From Bacteroidia bacterium (lineage in GTDB: Bacteria > Bacteroidota > Bacteroidia > Palsa-965): a stretch of 64,000 bases of DNA. The DNA lies in NCBI GenBank assembly GCA_025454955.1, contig JALONL010000003.1, positions 271,426-335,425 of the forward strand, given 5' to 3'. A program made the translations under genes and the position numbers. Positions 40,148 through 52,800 of the stretch are shown here, piece after piece. How positions within the stretch are numbered: the stretch's first letter is position 1; the number at the start of each line of letters is the position of its first letter. The notes under the pieces are model-generated. The model ran no database searches and was not told the origin of the DNA. It saw only the letters and a list, made by a program, of their open reading frames with translations.

Positions 40148-41446
40148 ATGAATACAACGCGCTCACAGGAACTTTTCGAAACTGCAAAAAAATATTTCCC
40201 GGGCGGAGTAAATTCTCCCGTTCGTGCTTTTCGTTCGGTTGGCGGTACTCCGCTTTTTATCCGTAAAGGAAAAGGATCGCGCATCTGGGATGCCGACGGG
40301 AATGAGTTTATTGATTACTGCTGTTCGTGGGGGCCGCTTATTTTGGGTCATGCCAATGATGGCGTGGTAAAAGCCGTTCAGGAAACCGTGGCCGAAGGAA
40401 GTTCTTTTGGTGCTCCCACCGAACTCGAAAACCAACTGGCCGATCTTATTCTCTCTTTCAATTCCTACATTGAAAAAATCCGTTTTGTAAGTTCCGGTAC
40501 CGAAGCCGTAATGAGCGCCATTCGCCTTGCGCGTGGCTACACGGGCCGCACCAAAATACTCAAGTTCGAAGGCTGCTATCATGGTCACAGCGATTCGCTG
40601 CTGGTAAAAGCCGGCTCGGGGCTGGTTACGTTTGGCAATACTTCATCGGCCGGTGTGCCCGAGGCGTTTGTGAATGAAACCATTGTGGTGCCGCTAAACA
40701 ATACAAATGCCGTGCGCGAGGCTTTTGCGCAGTTCGGAAACGAAATTGCGGCAGTAATTATTGAACCTGTTCCGGCCAATAACGGATTGCTGCTTCAGGA
40801 AAAAAGCTACCTCGAATTTCTGCGCGTGATTACCAAAGAACATGGCAGCCTTCTCATTTTCGACGAAGTAATTTCGGGCTTTCGCGTATGTTTTTGCGGT
40901 GCCGCCGGTTACTACTCCATACAGCCCGATATTATTACTTACGGTAAAATTATCGGTGGTGGTCTGCCTGTGGGAGCCTACGGTGCAAGCCGCGAAATTA
41001 TGAGCCGCATTTCGCCCGAAGGCGATGTGTATCAGGCCGGCACGCTCTCCGGCAATCCGGTGGCCATGAGTGCCGGACTGGCACAGCTTTCGGCCTGTCT
41101 GGCTCCGGGGTTTTATCAGGAGCAGGAAGCAAAAACACAGCGGCTTGTAAACGGTATCCGTGCGCACATTGCCGCCAAAGGTTATACCGCAAAGCTCTGG
41201 CACATTGGTTCCATTTTCTGGATTGCGTTTACTAATCTGGAGTATATCCGCACTGCCGAAGAAATAGACCCGCAAAGCATGACCATTTTCCGCAAAATGT
41301 ACCATGCGCTGCTTGAACGCGGTATTTACCTCGGGCCGTCGGGCTATGAGGTAGGCTTTGTATCAGCCGCCCACAGCAACGAAGATATTGACCGCACCAT
41401 TACCGCCTTTGCCCAGGCATTGGATGAGGCTTTTGTCACCACATAA
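40148..41446 (+). CDS. hemL: Glutamate-1-semialdehyde 2,1-aminomutase
   Basis: Motifs PGGVNSPVRAF, SWGPLILGH, SSGTEA, GCYHGH, GKIIGGGLP and QAGTLSGNP. Start at MNTTRS. Confidence 0.97.
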   Translation: MNTTRSQELFETAKKYFPGGVNSPVRAFRSVGGTPLFIRKGKGSRIWDADGNEFIDYCCSWGPLILGHANDGVVKAVQETVAEGSSFGAPTELENQLADLILSFNSYIEKIRFVSSGTEAVMSAIRLARGYTGRTKILKFEGCYHGHSDSLLVKAGSGLVTFGNTSSAGVPEAFVNETIVVPLNNTNAVREAFAQFGNEIAAVIIEPVPANNGLLLQEKSYLEFLRVITKEHGSLLIFDEVISGFRVCFCGAAGYYSIQPDIITYGKIIGGGLPVGAYGASREIMSRISPEGDVYQAGTLSGNPVAMSAGLAQLSACLAPGFYQEQEAKTQRLVNGIRAHIAAKGYTAKLWHIGSIFWIAFTNLEYIRTAEEIDPQSMTIFRKMYHALLERGIYLGPSGYEVGFVSAAHSNEDIDRTITAFAQALDEAFVTT

Positions 41447-42407
41447 ATTTGTAAGTCAGATACACGGCTGCCCACACCAGCAGCAAAGTGCCATCGGTTA
41501 AGAGCGAGAAATAATACTCGTGTCTCCGCGGTGTGGCTTTGCTTACCACAATGGCGGTGGGAATACATGCTGCACCAAAAGCAAGCAGGCCCCAGGTAAA
41601 TTGGTTTTGCGGAAATGCAAAATACACGCAGGCCGCCGCAATGAGCAAAAGCACAATTACCGCCACCCTCAGCGAACGTTTAATGCCCAGCAACACCGGC
41701 AGCGATTTTACGGTAGCACCGTCAATCAGGAAATCGCGTACATCAAACGGTACGGTAATGGCAAAGGCAAAAGCCGTATAAATAGAAAAAATAAGTGCCG
41801 AATAGTTTTTCAACGGCATATAATCAAGTTGTTCAGGCCATCCTGTAAAACACTCTAAGTCCTGTAAACCGCACAGCGGCCACATGCCGCACACTACGGC
41901 CCACACCAGCGCAATGAGAAAGATTTTTACACCCGGCAAATCGCGCAAACGTTTCCACCGCCCGCGGCCGGGAATCAATGGCAACGCATAAGCCACCGCA
42001 ATAAAACTGGCCGAAATGCACCAGCCGTAAAATTCCCTCGTGGCATCAGTAATTTCAAAGCGATAGCCGCCCGCCCCGGCATCGTGTACAAAAGCCCGCG
42101 AAATAAAAATTATACCGCCTGCAATCAATGCAGCCAGCATGAGCACAGTCATGAGCAGGCGGTTTTGCTTTATCCATTCATGCCGCACGGTATGCTGCCG
42201 TTCTATTTTGCTGAGTTTCCACGAGGCATATACGCGCTGCACATTGTAGAGGCAGAATGTGGCACAAAAACTAAACAGGGCCAGCCAGCTTTCTACACGA
42301 AATCCCATTATCATACACGTCACATCGCTCCATGCCGCAGCACAGAGCGACACATGAAAATTGCCGTACACATAGAAAGCTAATGCGGCTTTCAGTAAAC
42401 GGCCCAT
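41436..42407 (-). CDS. UbiA-like integral membrane protein
   Basis: Multiple TM segments, LRDLPGVKIFLIALVW and the Asp-rich PFDVRD..ID motif. Start uncertain. Confidence 0.65.
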   Translation of the reverse strand: MGRLLKAALAFYVYGNFHVSLCAAAWSDVTCMIMGFRVESWLALFSFCATFCLYNVQRVYASWKLSKIERQHTVRHEWIKQNRLLMTVLMLAALIAGGIIFISRAFVHDAGAGGYRFEITDATREFYGWCISASFIAVAYALPLIPGRGRWKRLRDLPGVKIFLIALVWAVVCGMWPLCGLQDLECFTGWPEQLDYMPLKNYSALIFSIYTAFAFAITVPFDVRDFLIDGATVKSLPVLLGIKRSLRVAVIVLLLIAAACVYFAFPQNQFTWGLLAFGAACIPTAIVVSKATPRRHEYYFSLLTDGTLLLVWAAVYLTYKFMW

Positions 42408-42417
42408 GCGTATGCTT

Positions 42418-43044
42418 TTAGTTATTGTTGATAATGGAAGAGGCAATGAATCCCGCCGCAAAGCCTATGCCTCCGGCCGTGAGCGTACGCAATGCCCTGC
42501 GCTGCCGGGCGTACTTTTCGTAACCAAGCAGGTAGGTGTCGTATTTCAGATTCTGAGGATGTGAAACAGTGCCGGGACGAATTGGAATACGGAATACCAC
42601 CGAAAACCCGCTGTACAAAAACGGAGGCCCGAGTGCCCACATTTGTCGCGAATACCCGCAGGCTGCGCCAAGCACAAATGCCCCGGCTGTCCAGCCCGGG
42701 CAACGATAATAACGCCGCGCATCACGTTCGCCCTGAAGAAAATAACGGACTTCCTGAGGTGTATAATAATTCCCAAACAACGTATCCTGCTTATAAAAAA
42801 TTACTTCCTGCCCGCTTTGTCCGTATTTCACTGAAAACACAAGCTCCTGATCGATAAAGTCGGCTTTGAAATTGCCCTTTTTCGGCACAAGCATTCTCAC
42901 CTGTTGCGATGCAGTGTCTTTCACATAACCCGTTACAATTTTACCACTCATCAGGTAAACCGTATCCATAGGTTGGGCAGCTTGCTGCGCATAAGCAACA
43001 GCACCAGCCAGTAGTGCAAAGAGAAAACAGCAGAAATAACGCAT
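42418..43044 (-). CDS. Hypothetical exported/membrane protein
   Basis: Signal peptide MRYFCCFLFALLAGAVAYA|Q, DTVYLMSG.. small beta domain and C-terminal hydrophobic helices. Confidence 0.7.
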   Translation of the reverse strand: MRYFCCFLFALLAGAVAYAQQAAQPMDTVYLMSGKIVTGYVKDTASQQVRMLVPKKGNFKADFIDQELVFSVKYGQSGQEVIFYKQDTLFGNYYTPQEVRYFLQGERDARRYYRCPGWTAGAFVLGAACGYSRQMWALGPPFLYSGFSVVFRIPIRPGTVSHPQNLKYDTYLLGYEKYARQRRALRTLTAGGIGFAAGFIASSIINNN

Positions 43045-43822
43045 GTGGTTTTTTGAATTGTCTTCCCAAAGATAATTGAAATAGCTTGTAACAGACTTTC
43101 CTTCTGATCCAAGTTCCATTCATTGGTATTTCAGGGGCTGTCTGTCAATTTTGTGCTTAGCGTCTTGAAAACAGGGCGATAAGTGCAGAAAGCATAGAAA
43201 TAGTTTTGTGATCCGATAATCAACTGAATGGCCCGGGAAGTGCCAGTCTTTTCAAAAAAATGAAACAAACACGTAGAGAGAAGCAGAAATGTAAACGTTA
43301 ATGATTCTGTTCTGGTTTACCGGCTTCATTTGTTTATTTTCTCAAATCAGTCGCCTGAAAAATATTTTAAACAATAAAAATAATTCTATTTAATATATTT
43401 TGAAATATCAAAAAAACAATGGTCTTGTCAAGAAAACAAGGCGGAGATGTTAAGGGAAAGAAAAATGCATTTAAGCATGGTGGAAAACACTGATATTTAT
43501 ATGCAAATGATGCTTTTTCAAAGACAGATTAATGAAAAATACCGATGAATGATATGTGGATCAAGTGTTTTACCATTTATTCAATAATAATCACTTTTTC
43601 TTCAACTATCAGATATTCAGTTATTTAACGCGATTTAGCAGCTAATCCATTGCTTTGAAACTCAATATCTCCTTTCTTTGCAGCTAACAAACCGCCTTTA
43701 TAAATCCCTACATGCCTCTCCCGAACAATTACAAAGAGGATTAGTTGTTATCAAATATTTGATGACTGCTTATCTCATTTGGGTATTCAGTGGTGGTAAA
43801 AGAAACATCAAATTTTTACGAT

Positions 43823-46800
43823 ATGCTCCACTTTACGAAGCAAATGTTGACTGCGTCATTGCTTTTGCTGGGTAATGTTTTGTTTGCCCAGAATTTCAGC
43901 AGTGAGCCCCAGGCCAGATTTGAAGAAAACAAAGGCCAGTGGGATCAGGCAGTACTTTACCGGACAGAGTTGAATAATGGTTTTATCTACCACGAACGTG
44001 GCGGATATACCGTGCATTTCAGCAACCTGTCTGATGCTTACGAGCAATTTCACCATAGTGGTGATGATGCGGCTGATGTACAGATCAAAAACGACGTAAT
44101 GAAAGTGTCGTTTGTAGGCGCGTCATCGCTCACACAAACCCGTGCAGCTGGCCGTAACCCTGTGTCGCGCTCTTACTTTACCAACAACAAGCTGATTAAT
44201 CAGACTTCAGATGTGGGTACGTTTAACGAGCTCAGCTACGAGCAGTTGTATCCGGGCATATCGCTTACCTATCGCTCGTACCGCGATATTATTAAGTACG
44301 ATTATCTTATTGCACCCGGTGCCGATGCTTCGTTAATACGGCTTGAGTACAAAGGAGCCACTAAGCAGGAAATAGACAGCGAAGGAAACCTCATTACTTA
44401 CAACTCGCTGGGCACAATTAAGGAATATGCACCTGTGGCATATCAGGAAATGCCCACAGGCCGTGTTGATGTGGCTGTGCAGTTCGTGATTCAGAACGGG
44501 CAGGTTTCGTATTATTTCCCCAATGGGTATGATACCAATTACCCGCTGGTTATCGACCCCTTTCTTGCTGCTTCTACCTATTCGGGCTCGGTGGCCGATA
44601 ACTGGGGCTTTACTGCCTGTCCCGGACCTAATGGTGTGATGTGTATGGCCGGTGTGGCTTTCGCAGCTGGCTATCCCACCACAGTGGGAGCTTTCCAAAC
44701 CACATTTGCCGGTGCCACCGATGTAAGCATCAGTATTTTCAGTGCCAACGGTCAGAACCTTCTCGCTTCAACCTACCTCGGAGGTACTGGTAATGAATAT
44801 CCTCACTCCATCATTGCAGCAGCCAACGGCGATCTTTATGTACTTGGCCGCACCGAATCAAACAACTTCCCTACCACAGTAGGTTGTTTCGACAACTCAT
44901 TCAACGGTGGTACCACCGATATTTTCGTTGCCCGTTTAAACAGTTCACTTACCACACTTATTGCTTCTACTTATGTGGGTGGTAATGGTCTCGATGGTAC
45001 CAACGTGGTAAACAGTTTCACTGGTACCACACAAACCCGCTTCTCTTATGCCGATAACGGCCGCGGCCAGATCCGTCTCGATGGTTCGGGCAATGTGTGC
45101 GTGGCTTCCTGTACACAGTCTTCAGACTTTCCCACCACAGCAGGCGCGTTTGATATTACGCTGAGCGGCACGCAGGATGGGGTGGTGTTTAAAATGAATA
45201 ACACACTCACTACACAGGTGTACAGCACACTTGTAGGTGGAGCAGCCTTCGATGCCTGTTTCAGTTTACAGATAGGTACAGGTAATACATTATTCGTAGC
45301 CGGTCTTACAAACAGTGCCGACTTTCCGACTACGGCCGGAACCCTGCATACCACGGCCAGAGGCGGTGTGGATGGTTTCGTGTTTCAGATTAACTCCACC
45401 GGTACTGCGTTAACTGCTTCTACCTATCTCGGCACCACAAACAAAGACGGTGTATTTAACGTGGATGTAAATACTTCGGGTGTGTATGTGTATGGATTAA
45501 GTACCGGCGGTACATATCCTGTAACTCCCGGAACGTACTCCAATGCCAACAGCAGCCAGTTCATTCACGGTCTTGATCTTACGCTTACCACCACACTGTT
45601 TTCTACGGTTTTTGGAAACGGCGTTACTCCCAACCTTTCGCCCACCGCTTTTGAAGTTGATACCTGTCTTAAAATTTATGCGGCAGGCTGGGGGCGTTGT
45701 TTCGATGGTGGTACAAACATTGGCATGCCCACCACAGTAGGAGCATTTCAGACCACCACCGATAATTGCGACTTTTATTTTATAGTGCTTGAGCCTAATG
45801 CGGCATCGCTCCGCTATGGTACTTATTTTGGCCAGAATGGCGGAACTGCCGACCACGTAGATGGTGGCACCAGTTTGTTCAGTAACAACAGTACTGAATC
45901 AGGCGTGGTGTATCAGGCTGTTTGCGCCTCGTGCGGTGCAGCTACCAATGGCTTCCCGGTAACGCCAAGTGCATATTCGCCGGTTGACGGAAGCACGAAC
46001 TGTAACAATGCCGTTTTCAAATTCGATCTTGAAACATACTCGCCCGGTGCTGCGGCCATTGCATCCTCAGGCAATGGTTGTGTAGGTGCGCCCATTGCAT
46101 TTACCAACAACAGTACCAACGCCAACACTTACCTCTGGGACTTTGGCGATGCCAGCACCAGCACACTTACCAATCCTTCGCATACCTACGCTGCGGCGGG
46201 TACCTATACGGTAACGCTGGTTGCCTACAACAGCACAACCTGTATTCTTTCCGATACGGCCACCACTGTGGTAACCATTACACAGCCTTCGGTAAGCGTA
46301 TCGGTTACTTCGGGTACAAACCCTACCTGTAACGGAAGTTCGGTAACACTTACCGCTGCCGGTGCAGATACCTATACCTGGAATCCGGGGGCGCTTACCG
46401 GCACATCTGTAGTTGTATCGCCTGCCACGACCACTACCTATACGGTTATTGGCACCACCACTGCAACCGGTTGTACCGATACGGCTACCATAACAATTAC
46501 AGTAAACCCGATTCCGGCCACACCCACACCCGGCAGCAACAGCCCGGTTTGTACAGGAAATACCCTGAACCTCACCACAGCCGCAGTGGCAGGTGCCACG
46601 TATAGCTGGACCGGTCCGGGCGGCTTCACCTCGTCGCTCCAAAACCCCACGCGCCCCACAGCCACACTGGCTATGGCAGGCACATACAGTGTAACGGTTA
46701 CAGTGGCAGGATGTACCTCGGCTGCAGGAACTACGGCAGTAACCATAAACAGTACTCCCGCCACACCCACGGCCGGCAGTAACAGTCCGGTTTGTACAGG

Positions 46801-49800
46801 TAATACTATTAACCTGAGTACACCAACTGTAGCCGGAGCTACTTATTCATGGACAGGCCCCTCGGCTTTCTCGTCTTCATTACAGAACCCCACCCGTCCT
46901 TCGGCCACAGTGGCTATGGCCGGTACGTACAGTGTAACTGTTACGGTGGGCGGATGTACTTCAGCAGCAGGAACCACAGCAGTAGTGGTAAACGCTACAC
47001 CCGCTGCACCTACAGCCAGCAGCAACAGCCCGGTTTGCACAGGCAACACCATTAACCTGAGCACACCCACCGTGGCCGGTGCCACTTATGCCTGGACAGG
47101 CCCCTCGGCCTTCTCCTCTTCATTGCAGAATCCTACCCGTCCGTCGGCCACGGTGGCCATGGCAGGCACATACAGCGTTACTGTAACCTTTGGCGGATGT
47201 ACTTCGGCCGCCGGAACCACTGCGGTAACCATAAACACCACCCCCGCCACACCCACCGCCGGCAGCAACAGCCCGGTTTGTACGGGTAATACACTTAACC
47301 TTACCACTCCGCTTGTAGCCGGTGCCACATACTCCTGGACCGGCCCCAACAGCTTCATCTCCTCAGTACAAAACCCGAGCATTACCGGTGTAACTGCCGC
47401 TGCGGCGGGTACTTACAGCGTAACGGTAACAGTGGGCGGCTGTACTTCGGCAGCAGGCACTGTGGCAGTGGTGGTAAACACTACTCCCGCCACACCCACC
47501 GCCAGCAGCAACAGCCCGGTTTGTACAGGCAACACCATTAACCTGAGTACACCCACTGTAGCTGGTGCTACTTATGCCTGGACAGGCCCCGCGGCTTTCT
47601 CGTCTTCATTGCAGAATCCCACACGTCCTACAGCCACACTGGCTATGGCCGGCACATACAGCGTAACAGTTACCGTAAGCGGCTGTACCTCTGCCGCCGG
47701 AACTACAGCCGTAGTGGTAAATTCTACACCCGCCACACCCACCGCATCCAGCAACTCGCCGGTGTGTTCGGGCAATACGCTTAACCTTTCCACTCCGCTT
47801 GTGGCTGGCGCCACCTATTCCTGGACAGGTCCCAACAGTTTCACGTCATCATTACAAAACCCCACCATTACCGGTGTAACCACCGCCGCTACCGGAACTT
47901 ACAGTGTAACCATCACAGTAGGCGGTTGTACCTCGGCTGCCGGAACTACCGCAGTAACTATTAATCCCACTCCGGCCACACCCGCACCCACCAGCAACTC
48001 GCCCGTGTGCGTTGGCAACACCATTAACCTTAGCACTGCCACAGTAGCCGGTGCCTCTTATAGCTGGACAGGCCCCGCCGCATTCACCTCGGCTTTGCAA
48101 AATCCCACCCGTGCTTCGGCCACACTGGCCATGGCAGGGACTTACAGCGTAACAGTAACCGTAGGTGGTTGTACTTCGGCCGCCGGAACCACGGTGGTAA
48201 ACGTAGTATCGCTCCCGGCCACACCAACCGCATCCAGCAACTCGCCGGTATGTACAGGCAATACACTTAACCTGAGCACACCCACAGTGGCAGGCGCTAC
48301 TTACGCCTGGACGGGCCCCAACAGTTTCACTTCCTCTGTACAAAACCCAAGCATCACCGGCATAACAACCGCTGCCGCCGGTACCTACAGTGTGACAGTA
48401 ACAGTAGGCGGATGTACTTCGGCCGCCGGAACCACAGTGGTAACCGTAAACACCACACCTGCTGCGCCCACCGCATCCAGCAATTCGCCGGTATGCTCAG
48501 GTAATACGCTTAACCTAAGTACACCTGCTGTGGCCAGCGCCACCTACTCCTGGACAGGTCCCAACAGCTTCACGTCCTCATTACAAAACCCGACAATTAC
48601 CGGTGTAACCACCGCCGCTACCGGCACATACAGTGTAACGGTAACTGTAAGCGGTTGTACCTCGGCTGCCGGAACCACAGCAGTAACCATCAATCCCACC
48701 CCGGCCACACCCGCACCCACCAGCAACTCGCCCGTGTGCCTTGGCAACACCATTAACCTGAGCACAGCCACAGTAGCCGGTGCCACTTATAGCTGGACTG
48801 GCCCTGCTTCGTTTACCTCCACACTGCAAAACCCGACCCGTCCTTCGGCCACACTGGCTATGGCGGGAACTTACAGTGTAACTGTAACCGTAGGTGGTTG
48901 TACTTCGGCCGCCGGAACCACGGTGGTAAACGTAGTATCGCCCCCGGCCACACCCACTGCTTCAAGCAACTCGCCGGTATGTACAGGCAACACACTTAAC
49001 CTGAGCACACCCACAGTGGCAGGCGCTACTTACGCCTGGACAGGCCCCAACAGCTTTACCTCAGCTCTGCAAAACCCAAGCATCACCGGTATAACTGCCG
49101 CTGCTGCCGGTACTTATAGTGTAACGGTAACCGTAGGCGGATGTACTTCGGCCGCCGGAACCACTGTGGTAACCGTAAACAACACACCCGCCACGCCCAC
49201 GGCATCCAGCAACTCGCCGGTATGTTCGGGCAATACACTTAACCTTTCTACTCCCGCAGTGGTAGGTGCCACCTATTCATGGACAGGCCCCAACAGCTTT
49301 ACCTCCACACTGCAGAACCCCACTATTACCGGTGTAACCACCGCCGCTACCGGCACATACAGTGTAACGGTAACCGTAAATGGTTGTACCTCGGCTGCCG
49401 GAACTACCGCGGTAATTATCAATGCAACTCCGGCTGCGCCTACCGCATCCAGCAACACACCGGTATGTTCGGGCAACACCATTAACCTGAGCACACCTAC
49501 AGTTGCAGGCGCTACCTATAGCTGGACGGGTCCCGCTTCGTTCACATCATCACTGCAAAACCCAACCCGTCCTTCGGCTACCGTGGCTATGGCCGGTACT
49601 TACAGTGTAACAGTAACTGTGGCAGGTTGTACATCGGGCATTGGAACCACTGCGGTTGTGGTAAATCCCACACCAGCCACACCCACTGCATCCAGCAACT
49701 CGCCTGTATGTACGGGCAATACGCTCAACCTTACCACTCCGGCAGTAGTTGGTGCCACCTATTCATGGACAGGCCCCAACAGTTTCTCTTCTTCATTACA

Positions 49801-52800
49801 AAATCCAAGTGTAACCAACGTAACTACAGCCGATGCCGGAACATACAGTGTAACGGTAACCGTAAACGGCTGTACTTCGGTTGCCGGAACCACTGCGGTA
49901 ATCATCAATACCACACCGCTTGCTCCGGCTATTTCGAGCAATACACCTGTGTGTGCCACCACGCCGCTTAACCTTACTGCGGCTACTGTAGCCGGTGCAA
50001 CTTATGCCTGGTCTGGCCCCAACAGTTTCACCTCCACACTGCAAAACCCCACCATTGCCAGTGCTCCGCTTGCCGCAAACGGTACCTATTCGCTGGTAAT
50101 TACGGTGAATGGATGTCCCTCTACTCAAACCACCACCGTGGTATCTGTTGTTACCTGTCCCGATACGGATGGTGATGGTATTTTCGATCCGTATGATCCG
50201 GATGATGATAACGACGGTATCCTCGATGTGACAGAAGGAACCGGTGATGTTGACGGAGACGGAATTCCCAACTCGCTTGATCTTGATTCGGATAACGACG
50301 GTATTACCGACGTGGCCGAAAACGGCGGTGCCGATTCTGACGGAAACGGTATCATTGACAACTGCACCGACGTGGACAGTGATGGTCTCTGCGGTGTAGT
50401 CGATCCATCAACCGGCGGTACCCCGCTTGCCACATTGAACAATGACGGCGACGGTTTACCCAACTTCCTCGATCTCGATGCGGATAACGATGGTATTGTA
50501 GATATTATCGAAGTTGGCGGCACCGATGCAAACGGCGATGGCCAGGTGGACGGAATTGCCGACAGCGACAGCGATGGTTTACGCGACGCAGTGGATCCGA
50601 ACCAGAGTGGCATACCAATATTTACCACCGGAGCCGATGCCAACACCGATGGCCGTCCCGACAGCTATCCGACCGACAATGCCGACAACAACGGCCTGCC
50701 CAACTTCCTCGATATTGATGCCGATAACGACGGTATAGTGGATAATATCGAAGGCCAGTCATCGGCCGGATATACACCGCCTACCGGCACCGACAGCGAT
50801 GGCGATGGAATTGATAATGCCTACGATAACTTTGCCGGATTTGGCGGCGCGGGTGTAACACCGGTAAATACCGATGCAGCCACCGACGGTGCCGACTACA
50901 TTGATACCGATGCCGACAACGACGGCGACCTTGATGCGCTCGAAGGCTGGGATACCGATAACAACGGTGTGGCCAACACATTGCCTGCCGGTACCGATGC
51001 CGATGGCGACGGTCTCGACGATAACTACGACACCAACGACGCGCTTTGGAATCCAGGCAACGGACAAACACCCACCTCATTCCCGAACCTTGATAACACC
51101 GCCACACCCCAGCTCGACTGGCGCGAAGCGCTTGACAATGATGGCGATGGTGTAACCGACATCAACGATCCGGATGATGACAACGACGGTGTAACCGACA
51201 TTGCAGAAGGAACCGGTGATGCCGACGGCGACGGAATTCCGAACAACCTTGATCTCGACAGTGATAACGACGGAATTACCGACGTAATTGAAAACGGTCT
51301 CCTTGATGCCAACGGCGATGGCATTGTGGATGGTTTCACCGACGTGGACAACGACGGTTTGAACGATGCACAGGATCCAAGCCAGAGCGGAACACCGGTA
51401 ACACCCGGCGACAGAGACAACGACGGTGTACCCAACTTCCTTGATCTCGACAGCGATAACGACGGTATTACCGACGTAGCCGAAAACGGCGGTGCTGATG
51501 CCGACGGCGACGGACGCATTGACGGATTTACAGACACCAACGGCAATGGCCTTGCCGATAACGTGGATCCCACCGCAGGCGGCACACCGCTGCCCACACT
51601 GAACAGCGATGGTGACTCAGCCCCCAATTACCTTGACCTCGACAGCGATAATGATGGCATAGTGGACATCATTGAAGTAGGCGGCACCGATGCCAATGGC
51701 GATGGCCAGGTGGACGGTACTGCCGATGCTGACGGCGATGGTTTGCGCGATACGGTTGACCCCACACAAAGCGGCACACCAATATTTACCACCGGTGCCG
51801 ATACCAACAACGACGGCCGCCCGAACAGCTACCCGAACGATAACGCAGACAGCAACGGCCTGCCCAACTTCCTCGATATTGATGCCGACAACGATGGTAT
51901 TGCAGATAACATCGAAGGCCAGTCAACAGCAGGCTACACACCGCCCACCGGCAACGATACCGATGGCGATGGCATTGACGATGCCTATGATACCACTGCA
52001 GGCTTTGGCGGCGCAGGTGTAACACCGGTAAATACCGACTCTGCCTCTGACGGTGCCGACTACATTGATACCGATGCCGACAACGACGCCATAAGCGATG
52101 CCATTGAAGGCTGGGACACCAACGGCGACAACGTAGCCGACACCACCCCTTCGGGCAACGATGCCGACGGCGATGGTCTTGACGACAACTACGACAACAA
52201 CGACGCACTCTGGAACCCGACCAACGGCCAGACACCCACATCGTTCCCGAACCTCGACAATCCTTCAACCACGCAGCTCGACTGGCGTGAAATTGAAGAC
52301 TTCGACAACGACGGCGTGGCCAACGCATTCGATCCGGATGATGACAACGACGGCATTCTCGACGTAACCGAAGGAACTGCTGACACCGACGGCGATGGCA
52401 ACCCTGATGCCACCGACCTCGACTCTGACAACGACGGTATTACCGATGTGGCTGAAAACGGCGGTGCTGATGCTGACGGCGACGGATTCATCGACAACTT
52501 TACCGATGCTGACAACGACGGTCTGGCCGATGCAGTTGACCCCTCGCAGGGCGGCACTCCGCTGGCTACACTCGATAACGATGGCGACGGTCGCCCGAAT
52601 TACATTGACCTCGACAGCGACAACGACGGCATTGTAGATATTATCGAAGCCGGCGGAACAGATGCCGACGGTAACGGTATAGTGGATAATGCCACCGACG
52701 CAGACAACGACGGTCTGTACGACGTGGTTGATCCCACACAAAGCGGCACACCGATATTTACCACCGGAGCCGACACCAACAACGACGGCCGCCCGGACAG

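Noticed and set aside
41436-41446. 11-nt convergent overlap of hemL and the UbiA-like gene
   Set aside because: Short tail-to-tail overlaps are common, and there is no further evidence of antisense regulation.
43477-43576. Invertible promoter upstream of the giant gene
   Set aside because: The inverted repeat is imperfect with indels, no consensus promoter lies between the arms, and there is no recombinase in the window.
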